Assembly (NCBI RefSeq): GCF_009914755.1
Contig: NC_060932.1
Source of the DNA: the human T2T-CHM13v2.0 reference genome, Homo sapiens
Length of the DNA: 64,000 nt
Strand: one strand, 5' to 3'
In this document: positions 13,090 to 29,479 of the stretch, in pieces
Layout of the letters: each line of letters starts with the position of its first letter
How positions within the stretch are numbered: the first letter of the stretch is position 1
Notes under the pieces: generated by a model
Databases searched by the model: none
Seen by the model: the letters and a program-made list of their open reading frames with translations, nothing else
What the model was told of the DNA's origin: nothing
Made by a program: the position numbers and the translations under genes

Positions 13090-13595
13090 AGTATCCTCCT
13101 CTAGTGTATAACTTGAGACAAGGATACGTGTGTAAGTGATTTAACAAAAAAGCACTCCAAAAAACTCCTGTAAGAGAGTGGAAGGAGCTGGACAGAGAAG
13201 AGGTCAATGCTAAGTAGGCAGAAATTTCTAGTGAAGTCCGAGCCTCAATCTGAAGCTGCGTTCTGCAGGGAGCTCTGGAACATAAATGAGGATGAGCAAT
13301 AGACAAAGAAATATAAAGGCACAGAAGATTTCCTCCCACCTTGAAGTGAGGAAGCTGAACTCTCCTATTCCCACAATAGTCAGTCTTGGCTACAGGCTGC
13401 CCCCATGGGACAGGGATGATCAAGCACTACTGGTTCTGGGTATGTGAGGGCAGTAGCCCAAGGGCAATCCTCTGAATAAAGTTGCAGAATGCCTATCCTA
13501 AATGCAAAGCCCATAGAACTAGGGGGAATGGGAATGTAGTATCAGTAAAAGAGATCTAAAGGTTTCAGGGTAGGACAACTACATTGTCTACTCTA
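13090..13595 (-). mobile_element. LTR33-like ERVL solo LTR
   Basis: ttgagacaaggatacgtgtgtaagtgattta..., cagggagctctgga..., cccaccttgaag..., gtcagtcttggctacaggctgcccc. Confidence 0.6.
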
Positions 13596-13699
13596 CCTTC
13601 ATATTGTAGTCTGCAGGAGTGAGTCTAGCATTACTCCCACATCGTCCTCAGTGGCAGCAAACATGATGAGCAACGTGTGGTTCTCAGTCTTTAACTAGG

Positions 13700-13856
13700 T
13701 TATATAGAGGCTTGCTGCTCACGAGCATCAGCATCACTTGGGAGCTTGTTAGAAATGCAGGATCTCTGTCGCCATGTTGAATTTACTTAATCAGAATCTG
13801 CACTTCAGCAAGATGCCTGAGTGAGTTGCATGCCCATTAAAGTGTGACAAGTGGTA
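13700..13856. mobile_element. MER5A hAT element
   Basis: agcatcagcatcacttgggagcttgttagaaatgcag...aatcagaatctgcacttcagcaagat. Confidence 0.8.
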
Positions 13857-14471
13857 GTACAGAACATACTCAAGTATGAGCTTTACCTCCTGGATGCATT
13901 CCAGCAGCCAGTTGCAGAATGGCTACTGATGACCACGTAAAAGAGGTCCTAGAGCCACTGGAGAATTTCCAGCATATTTCCTAGGTACACAAACACTATA
14001 GTGCAGAGGCCACAATGTGGCTGGTTGACGTGTGATGTGGAGAAGTCAGAGAGGAGTTCCTTGTGAATGCAACTCCAGGTGGCAGGCACAAATCTTTACC
14101 TTCTTATACATTGGCTCCTCCTGTCTGTTTATGGCTGCTGTGCCCATTTAGCCATCTCTCTTCTTGCTTTCCCAATCCATGCATATTTGCAAATTAAAGA
14201 TTTGTCATATTGTTTAATGTGAGAAAAAATTTGAAGCTAAAATTCATTTGTAGCAGCACAAAAAATTTCAACATTGTATTTGTCAATAAAAGAAAATAAT
14301 TAGAATCTTTAAGTGCAACTACTATAAATTTTTAAATAGCTGTAAAAATGATTTTAAACTTTTCATTACCCACTTTGGTGAAGAAAGTTTTTGTCAATGG
14401 AGATGATCCACAATTTGAGAAAGTTAATACTAGTGGGTCTCTGATCATGAATAGTAATGGTATAGAACCAT

Positions 14472-15060
14472 TGTAATAGGCAGCCTTTAAGATGGCCCTC
14501 AATGATCTTTGTCTTTCAATTTTAACACCTATATCTACTCTCCTCTCCTAAAGTGTGTGCTGGATTTATTGATTCACTGCTAAAGAATGGAATGCAGCAG
14601 ACAGGTAGGGATGACATTTTTGAGATTAAGTTGTAAAAAGAGTGGTTTCCATCCTGCATACCCTCTCTTACTCTCCTGCTCATTCACTCTAAGAAAATTC
14701 AACTACGTTTTTGTGGGCTGTTCTATGAAGAGGCCCACCTTGCAAACAACTGAAGGGAACTCCATTCCAACAGGAGTGACTAAGATCCTCCATTCAACAA
14801 TCTGCAAAGATGTTAAGTCCTGCCGACAAACATATGTGAGAGCTTATAAATGGATATTTCCCTAGCTGATACTTCTGATGAGACTGCAATACTGTTTGAC
14901 AGCTCGGCTGCAACTTTGTGAGAGACCTTGAGCCAGAAATATGCCACTTTGCCAAGGCTGGATTTCTGACTTACAGAAATTGTGAGATAATAAATGTGTG
15001 TCACTTTAAGCAGTTAAGTTTTGCGGTAATTTGTTACACAGCAATAGGTCAACAAATACA
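14472..15060 (+). mobile_element. MLT1F-like MaLR solo LTR
   Basis: Start tgtaataggcagcctttaagatggccctcaatgatc; end gtaatttgttacacagcaataggtcaacaaataca. Confidence 0.75.
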
Positions 15061-15389
15061 GAGTAAGATATCAAGCATAAACTTACTATCAAACTATGTT
15101 AAACTCATTTCTTAGTTAATGATTTAAAAATATTTTATTTGAAAATTTTGCATGAATTTAATATTTAATATTTTGTACATTTAATATTATGTAATATTTT
15201 GTATATTTTTCTTATAATAATAAAATAAAGTAAATAGCATGATTTTTTCCCACTAAGATTACTGTTTCTAAATCATCTCTAGTTTACCCAGTTGTGAGCT
15301 CCACAGGATATTATAAAACATGCACTTAATCAAAATGTGTGGTAATTTAGGAAAGAAACTTAAAATATTGTGACCTTTTATTTAGTGTG

Positions 15390-15630
15390 ATTTTAAGAGC
15401 ATGGACTTTGGGTGAAGTATATTATAGTTCTATTCCTACTCTATTCCTTACTAGCTCAGTGACTTTGGGACAAAACTTAACTAGTTGAGCCTCATAGCCT
15501 TATCTGTAAAATGGAAATACTAGCAGCACATTTCATACGCTCATTTTGAGGTTTAATGAAGTGTCGTAGAGTGTGTAGTATACATTGGCTGGCATGCAGA
15601 ATGTGCTGAACAACTACTAGTGGTTCTTAT
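15390..15630 (+). mobile_element. MIR SINE
   Basis: ttaagagcatggactttgg...cttactagctcagtgactttggg...gagcctc...atctgtaaaatgg core. Confidence 0.65.
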
Positions 15631-16491
15631 TTGTTAGTACAAATGGTTCTATTTCTTGAAACTTTCACTTACAAATTAGCTTGATATTTTAGTTAAATAT
15701 TACTCCTCTGCACTCATTAAAGCAAGTCTTCAAGCAATCTCTATTTGCTAAAACTTGGTCTTATTTCAAGGCATTACAGGAAATTAGATTTTAAAAAGCT
15801 ATCTCCTTTTGTGAATGCATCCTAATTAGAATGTCACCATTTCATTTCACTTATATCCATTAATCTGAAACAAGAATTTATTGTATTTTTACTGAATCTT
15901 TCTTAAATGTTTATATGTTAACCCAACTTCTCTGTTGCAGATAAATGAAAAAAATTGTAGATATTTTTAGAATATTGCTAAAAACTGGAAAAATTAATGC
16001 TGATTTCTTACCAGATGCTATTACTTTTATAATTCCAGAAGTTCTAAATTTTGTTTATTAATCTTTATTCCTTCTTTTTTCCTTTTTCCCTCCCTTCTCT
16101 GTATTTTTTTCTCTTCTTCCTTCCTTTTTTCTTTCCTCCCTTCCTTCCTTTCTTCTTATTCTACTCACATTGAAATAATTTATCTAAAAATGATAATAGG
16201 GAAAAATAAAAATATCAGGATAAACATTTAAAAGTGGAAGTAAAATGAATCAAGGAAAATGTTCTTTAGAGAAATACATAAAAAATTTTGCAGCAAAAAA
16301 GACATGGAATCAGTTAAAAGATCCACAATGTTAATAAGATAAAAATATAGATATCAGTTTCTTGGGTAGCATATGAGCTTACACAGGTACTAAGAAATAA
16401 AATTTCTTTCAGGGACATCATAAGAGAAAATGTTTAAAACATATACCAAAGAAATAAATGACAGCTTCCTATGGCTACTTGCTATAGCACC

Positions 16492-16908
16492 TGTTATGGA
16501 TTGAACTGTAATTCCCCCACTCTAAATTCATATGTTGAAGTCCTAATCTCTGGTACCGTAGAATATGACCTCATTTGGAAATGCACCATTACAGATGTAG
16601 TTAATTAAGATAAGGCCATAAGGATAGGCTCTATACCAATATGACTGATGTCTTCATAAAAGGTGAAATTTGGATGTAGGCATGCACACAGGGAGAACAC
16701 AACTTGAATGTAAAGGTGGCCATTTATAAACCAAGGAGAGACACCTGGAACAGATAATTTACTCATAGTCCTCAGAAAAAAACCTAGCCTTATGACACCT
16801 TGATTTTGAACTTCTGGCCTCCAGAACTGTAATACAATAATTTTTTGTTGTTTAAGCCACCCACCCATTTTGTAGCACTTGGTCATGACACTCCTGGAAA
16901 ACTAATTC
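16492..16908 (+). mobile_element. MLT1B-like MaLR solo LTR
   Basis: tgttatggattgaactgt...aattcatatgttgaagtcctaa...tgacctcatttggaaat...ggcctccagaactgt...ggaaaactaatt. Confidence 0.8.
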
Positions 16909-17129
16909 TGAATCCCTTATTTATAAACTAAGGGAATAACATCAAAAATAAAAATCATAGAGAGGATCGTGAAAGGCAGTCCAGAATGAAATGTCATTGT
17001 CACCCACTAATTTATTTATGTGTGACTGTAACAAGCATTTATAAATGCCTGGTATGTCCCAAAGGGTATGGCCAGCATAGAGAATTCAAAGGATGATACA
17101 TTCCTCAAAATTCATTCATCAAATGATCG

Positions 17130-17965
17130 GTCTAAGACAGTCAGAGCAACTCTACTATCCTTGGCAAGGATTGGATCAGCAACAGGCATAAGATCCAACC
17201 ATGGCCAGTGAGACTTGAGGGAAAGTCTGGAGTCTAACAAAAGATTTTCTCATACCTAAGGAGACATAGAAAGAGATCAACCTTTTGAATTCTTCATTTA
17301 CATATTTTCTTGCTTAATGTATTATCTGGAAAGAGCTAAATCTATTTCGAGACTAAGAGAAGAGTTAGCCTGAGGGCAATGACAACCTTCTAAAGATGGT
17401 AGATAAGAGAAATAAAAATAATCTGGGTTCTGGATGACATGTTGAGGCACTAAATACACACTGGAGTCCACCCTACTATTAGACTTCCTATGTTGTGAAA
17501 ATGAATTTTCTTATTATTTCAGACAGCTTGAGTTTGGTATTTTTCTACTTACAATCAAAGCATTCTAATAGTTTAACATTCAGACATTTTTTGTGGTATC
17601 CATTACAGTTCTTTGAAAGCTTTTCATTTCTTCTCTTGCTGGAATGTGATAAAACTGCATTTCCTTTATTACCTCCATCCCCTTTTTTGTGGGATGGCCA
17701 CATGATTTGCCTTGACCAAAGAAATGTGAGCAGAAGAGATGTGAGTCATCTCTTTCAGGAGAAATTTAGAGCCAGAGTGTGATTCATCATTTTCTCCTTC
17801 TCTTTGCTACAGAGAAAAGAAACACCCATGGTGTTGACTACTCTGTTGGCCTGAATTCCAAAGAGAATGATAAAGAGCAAATCTCCAGCCAACCTGCTAA
17901 AGACCTTTAATGGGAGTGACAAGTCTTTGTTGCTTTCAGCCTTAAATTTTCAGTAAATGCATACT
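17130..17965 (+). mobile_element. Two adjacent old MLT1-type LTR remnants (~17130-17578 and ~17590-17965)
   Basis: ccatggccagtgagacttgaggg..., tttctacttacaatcaaagcattctaa; ggccacatgatttgccttgaccaaagaaatgtgagcagaag. Confidence 0.5.
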
Positions 17966-19581
17966 GATGAAATGAATCTACTAGGAGATAAGGAACTAAA
18001 AATAATTATAATTTAATCTAATCTGAGCATGTAACCTGTTTCTGCTACTTTTAAACCAACTCACTATCTGAAATTTTCCCAAATGTGTTAAATAGAGTTC
18101 AGTGACAATTTTAGATATCTCTTTAAGTGCTTGTATGTATTTGCATTAGGAAAAAAGCCTTTCTCATAAGAAAGGGTGAAGCTAGCTGCTGACTATTCTG
18201 CAAATACAGGCATATCTTTTCAGTTACAGACCACCACAGTAAAACAAATATTGCAATAAAGCAAATCACACAATGTTTATGGTATTCCAGTGCATATAAA
18301 AGTTATGTTTATACTATGGTGTATTAAATGAGCAATAGCATTATGTATAAAAAAAGATACCTTAATTACAAAAGATTTATTGCTAAAAAAAATACTAACA
18401 ATCATCTGAGCCTTCGGTAAGTCATAATCTTTTTGCTGGTGGAGGGTCTTGCCTCAATATTGACGGCTGCTGATGGCTCTGGGTGGTGGCTGCTAAAGGC
18501 TGGAGTGGTTGTGACTATTTCTTACAAAAAAAAGAAGTCTGCTTCATCAATTGACTCTTTTATGAAAGATTTTTCTGTAACATGTGATACTGTTTGGTAG
18601 CATTTTACCTATAGTTGAAAGTTTTTCAAAATTGGAGGCAATCCTCCCAAACTCTGCTGCTACATTAACAATTAAGTTTATATAATGTTCTAAATCCTTT
18701 CTTGTCATTTCAACAATGTTCATAGCATCTTCACCAGGAGAAGGTGGAGATGCCATCTCAAGAAATCATTTTCTTTGCACATGCATAAGAAGCAACTCCT
18801 CATTAATTCAAGTTTTATTATAGGATTGCAGCAATTCAGTCATTTCTTCAGGCTCCACTTCTAATTCTAGTTTCTCTTGCTATTTTCTGTCACATTTACA
18901 GTTATTTCCTCCACTGAAAGTCAATGAGGGTTGGAATCAACTTCTAAACTCCTGTTAATGTTTCTATTTTGACCTTCTCTCATGAATTACAAATGTTCCT
19001 AATAACATCTGAACTAGTGAATTCTTTCCAGAAGGTTTTCAGTTTATTTTGCCTAGATCCATCAGAGGAATTACTGTCTGTGGCAGCTATATAGCTTTTT
19101 GAAATATATGTCTTACATAATAAGACTTGAAAGTCAAAATTACTGCTTGATTCATGGGCTGTAGAATAAATAATGTATTAGCAGGCATAAAAACAACATT
19201 AATCTCCTTATACTTCTCCATCAGAGCTATTGGGTGACAGATGCATTATTAATGAGCATTAATATTTGAAAGGAATATAATTTTTTGAGGAGTAGGTCTC
19301 AACAGTAAGTTTAAAATATTCAGCAAACTATTGCTGTAAACAGACGTGCTGTCATACAGGCTTTCTTTTTCCATTTTTAGAGCACTAGCCAAGTAGATTT
19401 AGCATAATTTCTTAAGGGCCCTGGGATTTTTGGAATGGTAAATGAACACTGGCCTCAGCTTAAAGTTGCCAGTTGCATTAGCTCCTAGTGTACAAGTCCA
19501 CCTGTCCTTTGAAGCTTTGGATCTAAGCATTGATTTCTCTCTAGCTATAAAATTTCTACAAGGCATCTTCTTCCAATATAA

Positions 19582-22127
<2,546 letters not shown>

Positions 22128-24713
22128 GAAAATCTGTTGTTTAAGGTAGCTACCTTCATCGGTGATCTTAGCTAAAGTTTCTGGATAGTTTGTTGCAGTT
22201 TTTACATCAGCACTTGCTGCTTCACCTTGCACTTTTATGTTATAGGGACAACTTCTTTCTTTAAACCTCATGAAACAGCCTCTCTTAGCTGCAAACATTT
22301 TTTTCTAAAGCTTCTTCACTTCTCTCAGCCTTCATAGAATTGAAGAGTTAGAGACTTGCTCTAGATTAGACTTTGGCTTAAGGAAATGCTGTGGCTGTTT
22401 GACCTTCTATTCTGACCATGAAAACTTTCTCCATATTAATAATAAGACTCTTTTTCTTTCTTGTTCATGTGTTCACTGGTGTAGCACTTTTAATTCCCTT
22501 CAAAATCTTTTCCTTTGCATTTGTAACTTGGCTAAGTGTTTAGCAAAAGAGGCCTAGTTTTCATCCTCTCTTGGCCTTTCTCATGCTTTTCTTACTAAGC
22601 TTAATCATTTCTAGCTTTTGATTTAAAGGAAAGACTTGTGACTCTTTTTCACTTGAACACTTAGAGGTCATTGCAAGGTTATTCATTGGCCTAATTTCAA
22701 TATTGCTATGTCTCAGGGCATAGGAAGACTCAAGGAGTGGGAGAGAGGCAGGACAATGGCCAGCTAATGGACTAATCAGAACACACACAACATTTACTAA
22801 GTTTGCCATTTTATGTGGATGCAGTTTGTGAAATCCCAAGACAATTATAACAGTAACAACAAAGATCACTAATCACAGATCACCTTAACAGATGAAATAA
22901 TATTGAAAAAGTTTGAAATATTTCAAGAATTATCCAAAGGTGACATAGAGACATGAAGTGAGCACATGCTGTTGAAATAATGGCACTCATAGTCTTGATT
23001 GACACAAAGTTGCCATGAACCTCCGAAAACGCAGGATGTGTGAAGTATCATAAAGCGAAGTGCAATCAGAGGAGATACAGCTGTACATTGACAAAGAGAG
23101 TGGACTGGATTATACTTTAAAAATAACTAATATAAAACACCCTTTGTGATTTATGAATGAGAAGATGAAAGGAAATAAAGTGAAAGCTGAAAAGAATATT
23201 TTGAAGTGGATGATTGACAAAAGAAAATCTATTGGAAACAGAAGGCTTTACACTGCACAAAGCAAAAATGGAACTCATTTATAAAGGAAACGAAATTCTA
23301 AATGTCAAAATAAAAGATGGCCCGATGCCAAAGGAAAGCAGGGGAATCTAAGGCTGGAAGGAGCTCTAATGGGATTCTGGGAAGCTCCTGATCTTTGGGA
23401 GGGTTGGAAGCATGCGTGTGTTCTGGGGCATGAGCTGAATTGGGAAGAAGCTGGCTAGGCTAAACTACCATGGGGTAGATGAGGTATTCTTTTTGTCATG
23501 TGACTTGTTAGCAGAATTGTAATGAGAATTAAAAGCAATAGCAATTGTACTGGAGGTAACACTGCTAGGGAAAAGTACTAAAATCTCATTGTAGAAATTA
23601 AGGGCAAATGGCATCAAGGGCAGAGCCACAGGCACTAGTCAAAGCCAGCTACTGAATGCTCATCCTACTTCTCCAAGGCAAGCTCTGTCTTTGTGGTCCT
23701 GTGTGATGCATCAGTAAAAGTTATTGCCACCTTGGTGAATACAGCATAGGGTGGAGGTGCCTAAAAATTTTTGGTTATTCTGAAGGGTTGGAGATGAATA
23801 TGTTAAATCTATATTTTTAAAAGGAAAGAAAAAGTTTCCCTGGCAATCTTGTGAGAGGAAAATAGAAAAATTGAGATCTGTGGGGGAAATACTAGTTGAT
23901 GATTCAGACAGCAATGATCTAGGGTTCCAGAAGGAATGAAAAAGATGTCAGTAATTACTATATGTGAAACGGTATTAAACAAGATTAGAAAGAAGGAAAA
24001 GAAAAGAAAGTGTGAAATGGAGTAATTGAGAACCAGGATGATAAAAGTGATAGGGTAATAGCGTCATTCCCACTTACAGATCACAAAAACAAGGATTATA
24101 GAAATTAAACAACTGGTCCATAGTGATATGGCAAGTAGACCCTTCTTTGTTACTTTTTGTCTTAGCTATTTAAAATATTTATTTGCTAATTTACGTTTTG
24201 AATCAGCTTCTTCTTTTGCCATTAATATTACTACAACAGATAATAATAATTAATTTTTTGAGTCATTACTATAATCAAGATACCTTTCCAAGTATCTCAC
24301 ATGTGTTATTTCATTTAATTTTTACAACAATTCCATAAGAAATATATCTCCAAGGGTAACATCTGGTAGAGAGGAGATCTAAAATTTTCAGCTGGATGCA
24401 GGATTGTACAATTTTGCCAACTGTCTTCAGTGTTTGACCTTGGCACTTGTTCAGTCTAGCTATTAACCTTTGGCACATCACTTTGACTTTGGAAATCTCA
24501 ATTTCATCAACTGTCAGAAGAAGTTGTTTAAAATACCATGGAGGATTTCTTTTGCGCATTAATGAGATAATATATGTAAAATTACTTTGTAAAGTATAAT
24601 ATATAAATGTTAGTTTTTCCCGCTATTATCATTATTATCCTATATTTGAATTATGAAGTGGGGATCCAACTATCATGATTATTAATGCTGATTTAGGATT
24701 GTGGTAGATGTGT

Positions 24714-25452
24714 TGTAATCGCCCAATGGATTCTTCCTGCCTGCTGTACAGACTAAATCAAGTCACTGAGACACAGCATTGTAGCAAAAAAAAGAGTTTA
24801 ATTGTCCCAAGGCCAGTCCATGTGGGAGAACCGGAATTATCATTCAAGTCAATCTCCCAGAAGCTTGGAGGCTGGGGTTTTTCTGGACAATGTGGCGGGC
24901 ATGGGGCTAGAGAATGGGTTCTGCTGATTAGTTGCAGATGAAATCATAGGGGTGTGAAAACAGTCCTCATGTGCACAGTTCACATCTGAGTAGGGCCAAA
25001 GGATCACTTGAGTCATGAGTCACCATCCAGACAGGATAAGTCTGAAAGATATCTCTAAAAAACCATCTTAGGTTCTATAATGTGATGTTATCCATAGAAG
25101 AAATTGGGGAAGTCAAAAATCTTGTGACCTCTGGCCCACATGACTCCTGAGCAGTAAGGGATTATAGAAACTATACCTATCTTTTTGCAGAGTTCAGGCT
25201 CCTCCCATAATCCTATTCTTACACCCTTTTATCAGTCTTATAAAGGTGGTTTTTGAACCCTGAGCAGGGAGGGGTTTAGTTTTAGGGAGGTACTATTATC
25301 AGCCTGGCTTGCAAGCCAAACCATAAACTAAATTTCTCCCAAAGTTACCGTGACCTATGCCCAAGAATGACCAAGGACAGCTTGGAAGTCAGAAGCAAGA
25401 TGAAGTCAACTATGTCAGATTTCTCTGTCATAATTTTGCAGAGGCAGTTTTA
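24714..25452 (-). mobile_element. LTR8A-like ERV1 solo LTR
   Basis: Starts tgtaatcgcccaatggattcttcctgcctgctg; ends agcaagatgaagtcaactatgtcagatttctctgtcataattttgcagaggcagtttta, the reverse complement of the start of the LTR at 10932. Confidence 0.8.
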
Positions 25453-26030
25453 CTATCAGGGCTCTATCAGAGAAGCAGAACCACTGTGACTTATTATAGG
25501 AGTTTTGCTTTATGCAATCATGGGAGCTAGCTAAGTACTTTATGAATTAGTATGTCTTTTGCCTCTGCTTCAAGAGCTGCATCCCGAAGTCATCAGGGCT
25601 GGTAGTCAGGGAAGGAAGATGGAAACAAGGTATGGGAGAGCTAACAAGAGGCCTGAGAACCTGAGCTGGAATCCATGAGGACAGATTGGAACCTACATTG
25701 GTCTTTCACCAACAACCAGCCACTAAGTTCAAGAGCTGCTATATTTCACTGAGGAGCTGCTCTACAACTAGTCCAGCCAGGAGCACTGTGCTTCCGGCTG
25801 CTGTCCCATGCCAACAAGATGAGTCAGCAGACCTGTCAGTGAGCTGCAGCAGTGCATGACCCAACGTCCACCTGTCCAATGTACACACAAGAACTGCCAT
25901 ATTTCAGCCTTCCTGGTTTCACATGAATTTCTCTATGGGCAAACCCTAATTCTGAAACATACAGGAAAGGAATTTGTGAGTAACGTAGTCGTGCTTAGTT
26001 GGTATAGTATAAAGCTCCTTCAAAAGTGGA
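25453..26030 (-). mobile_element. Old ERVL-type LTR remnant
   Basis: atcagggctctatcagagaagcagaacca..., caaaccctaattctgaaacatacaggaaaggaattt. Confidence 0.45.
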
Positions 26031-26284
26031 AAAAATCAAAAGCCTAAAAGGTCAGTCATTAAAAGTAATAAATGAAGTAGGTTGGGTTTAATAGAGTACA
26101 TGGCACATCTAAATAGGGCAGAACATTTTTTTTTTTTTTTTTCTTACGTGGGGGAAGGTGATTGGTGTTATTCTTGTTACTTGTGAAAACCCTACATGTT
26201 TCGGGGGAAATTAGAATCTTGCAAATGTATACATATTTTTTTCTGTCAGAATTTTTGCTATTTTTTAATAACTTTTTTTTTTCC

Positions 26285-26858
26285 TAATCTCCATCTGAGA
26301 CCACCACAGCCTGGATTTTATTGTCCATATCACTGTCATCATTTTGATCAAAGCCATTCAACAAGTCTCTAGGAAGTTCCCACATTTTCCTGTCTTCTTC
26401 TGAGCCCTCCAAATTGTTCCAACCTCTGCGTGTCACTCAGTTCTGAAGACGCCTCCACATATTTGGTTATCTTTTTAGCAGCACCTCACTCTACTGGTAC
26501 CAATATACTGTATTAGTCCTTTTTCATGCTGCTCATAAACACATACCTGAGACTGGGAAGAAAAAGAGGTTTAATGGACTTACAGTGCCATGTGGCTGGG
26601 GAGGCCTCACAATCATTGTGGAAGGCAAGAAGGAGAAAAGTCACATCTTATGTGGATGGCAGCAGGCAAAGAGAGAGTTTGTGCCGGGAAACTCCCATTT
26701 TTAAAACCATCAGATGTACTGAAGCTCATTCACTATCACAAGAACAGTATCCCCATAATTCAATCACCTCCCACTGGGTTCCCCCCCACGACATGTGGGA
26801 ATTGTGAGAGTTACAATTCAAGATGAGACTTGGGTGGGGACACAGCCAAACCATATCA
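26285..26858 (-). mobile_element. THE1 (THE1B-like) 5' LTR (26509-26858) plus ~225 bp of internal sequence
   Basis: tgtattagtcc..catgctgct..gactgggaagaaaaagaggtttaatggacttacag...gggacacagccaaaccatatca; internal ctccatctgagaccacc...ctactggtaccaa. Confidence 0.9.
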
Positions 26859-29479
26859 AACCCAAAGTTTCAAAGTCTTCAGGTCATTCTTTTTCCTCCT
26901 CAAAAAATCAGGACTATAGATTTTCATGTGAAGTATCACAATTGTTAAATAATGGCAAATTACTTTTTAAACTAAGGAGGACATATAAGCATTTGTGCTT
27001 ACTTCCAGTGCATACCCCATAATCACTCTCCAAATATTCATGAAGTGTTTTTTATGTATGAGGTGTGAACTAATAATCAGCCATTCAGAGATTTTAACAA
27101 AAGTCTTGATTCCTGTCCTTCAGGACCTCACAGATGAATGGGCCTCATTTGTGGCCATGTTACTTTTTAAGCAAATAGTAACAATGTGAAAAATGTGCCT
27201 AGCACTATGGGAGCACAAAAGAGCAGGCTTCAGTGGGGGTCAGGGAAGGCATCATGTGTGATTCAATAGTTGCGGTTCATCCTTGAGAGAAGCAGAAGGG
27301 AAAGTAAGGGAATTTCAAGCACTGAATACAACACAGTTATTTTAAAGTGCTTTATGTATTCAGGTACTCATTTTTTTCTTTATTCTTTACATTTGATGCT
27401 TACCTTTAGAAACTTTGCATGAGGTAACAGAGTGTAAAATAGGTTGAATGAGGTCATATAACATAAATAAAGTCCTTTCTTGAGAATATGTTTATATACA
27501 AGGTTAGGGAAAGAATATGAGAGCATAAGTACCCATTCATAGGGGAAGAAGACTCTAGAGTAGTATGCATCATGGAATGTGAAGAAAAGTACAAAACTCA
27601 AGAACAGATTACTATTACATAAAGTAGCCATAATGGGGATTTTTTTTCTCAAAGATAGGCCCTAGTCTAAGCTAAGCTTGGCCGAGAATTCTCTGCCATT
27701 TTTCCTGGTTTATTTCAAAATGGTTATTGGGAGTCTGTGGTCAGCATGGGTTTATTGCCTACTACCCTATTTCAAGGTCAGAGACTCTGCTCGGCCTCAA
27801 TCTTTTTCCAGATGGGGAGACAAACCAACTGCTGAGTAAACATATGGTCTCAATGCTTAAGGCCGCTTTCTTTCCGTTAAGTGCACAGATGTTGCCAGAT
27901 GAGCCCTCCTCCTTCCAGCACAGTTGACCACAGAGAATCTTACCAAGCCTTGGAAAATGACTATAGCATGTTTTGTCATCAGAGAAGCACAGATATTGGG
28001 AAACCTGATCAAAAACATTTGTGTGTCCTGATCTTGTTAACAGAGCTATCACATGTGTTTTAGAAGGCTGACGTAAGACATGTGGTCTATGGAGCAAGAA
28101 ATTGGATTTTTTACTTTGGAATTTTTTAGGGGAGGCCAGAATCAGATTTTTTAAAGGGATAATATTACCTGGCAATCAAGACTATGACCATGGTTACCTT
28201 CATCCAAATGTTGGTTCTTGAAAGTAAAAGTGTGAGAAAATCTTGCATTTTTAATACCCTTTCTAATGTTCTACTAATTAGATAAACCCTGGAGTCAGAG
28301 TGATCTTGGATTGAGCCCTAGCTCTACCAAATCCTATCTGTATAACCTTGGTAAGGTGCACTTTCACAATCTTAGTTTCTTCACCTAAAAAATAGGAGTG
28401 GTAATAACTTCTCCCATATAGTGTTGAGTATGGGGTGAGGGGAGGTAAGGATGTAAAGCACTTAGAATTTCTGATGCATAATAAGCCTCCTACAGGTTAT
28501 CTATTGTTATGGTTGGCACTCATCTGATTGTCAATCAGTCCTATGAGGTAGGCAAAAAAGTTGTTATTGCCATTTTCAATTTTTTTAATAAGGAAAAATA
28601 GTGAGAAGGTAAGAGGCTAAGTACTGAATCTCGAAATCAGTGGCAGAGCTGAGGCTCAAACTTTACTCTTTGAACCCCAGATCTTTTCCTTACCCCAGTG
28701 TTCCAACTTGATCATAACCACCAATGCTTCAACAGGGGTGAATTTCAAAAACATTTATCAACAGGGAGGAGGTTCAGGGAACAGCTTTTCACTAACAAAC
28801 ATGGAAGTATTTCACAATTTTAACTACTGGTGTACAGTAGTTAACGTATCAGTGTGGCCAGCTAAATATATCAGTCCTTCATATACCAGGGAATATGACT
28901 TCAGGAATTATAGATTAATTGCATTAAGTTAAAGTCTCTAGCTCTGTCTAGCAAAGGGGTTAATCTCAGGAAAGTTACCTTTCTTTGCAGTGTATTATTG
29001 AAAATTAGGAAATAAGACAAAATTAAAATATTCTTTTTTATTTTCAGCAGATTTGTCCCATAGCATAAGATTCACACTCAATACTATCATCCTTTGGGTC
29101 TCTAAGACACCAACCTAAAAGTAAGTTTCCTTGTGTCCTCAATTTATGTCTTACTGAAAAATATATTTGTAGAGGGTTATTAAAAACCTTTCAGCTCTTC
29201 TGAATCATGTGCATTTGGAAAGCTGCTGCTTTCACCATTTCCAATTTTGTAGCATACTTTATAATGTTTAGTCGTTGGCTTATGTGAGATAGCTAATGAG
29301 CAACTATGTTTTCTTATGTTCAAACTAGGATACTGTTACCAATGCAGGTACTGAGCAGAGATTCTGGAAGAAAGCAGAAAGGGAGAAAAAGAGAAGGCTC
29401 TCCATGTTGGTGTAAACAATAGCTAAAATTTAATCATATGTTTTTACATGTTATAACTAAGGCAAAAGATATGATTCCT

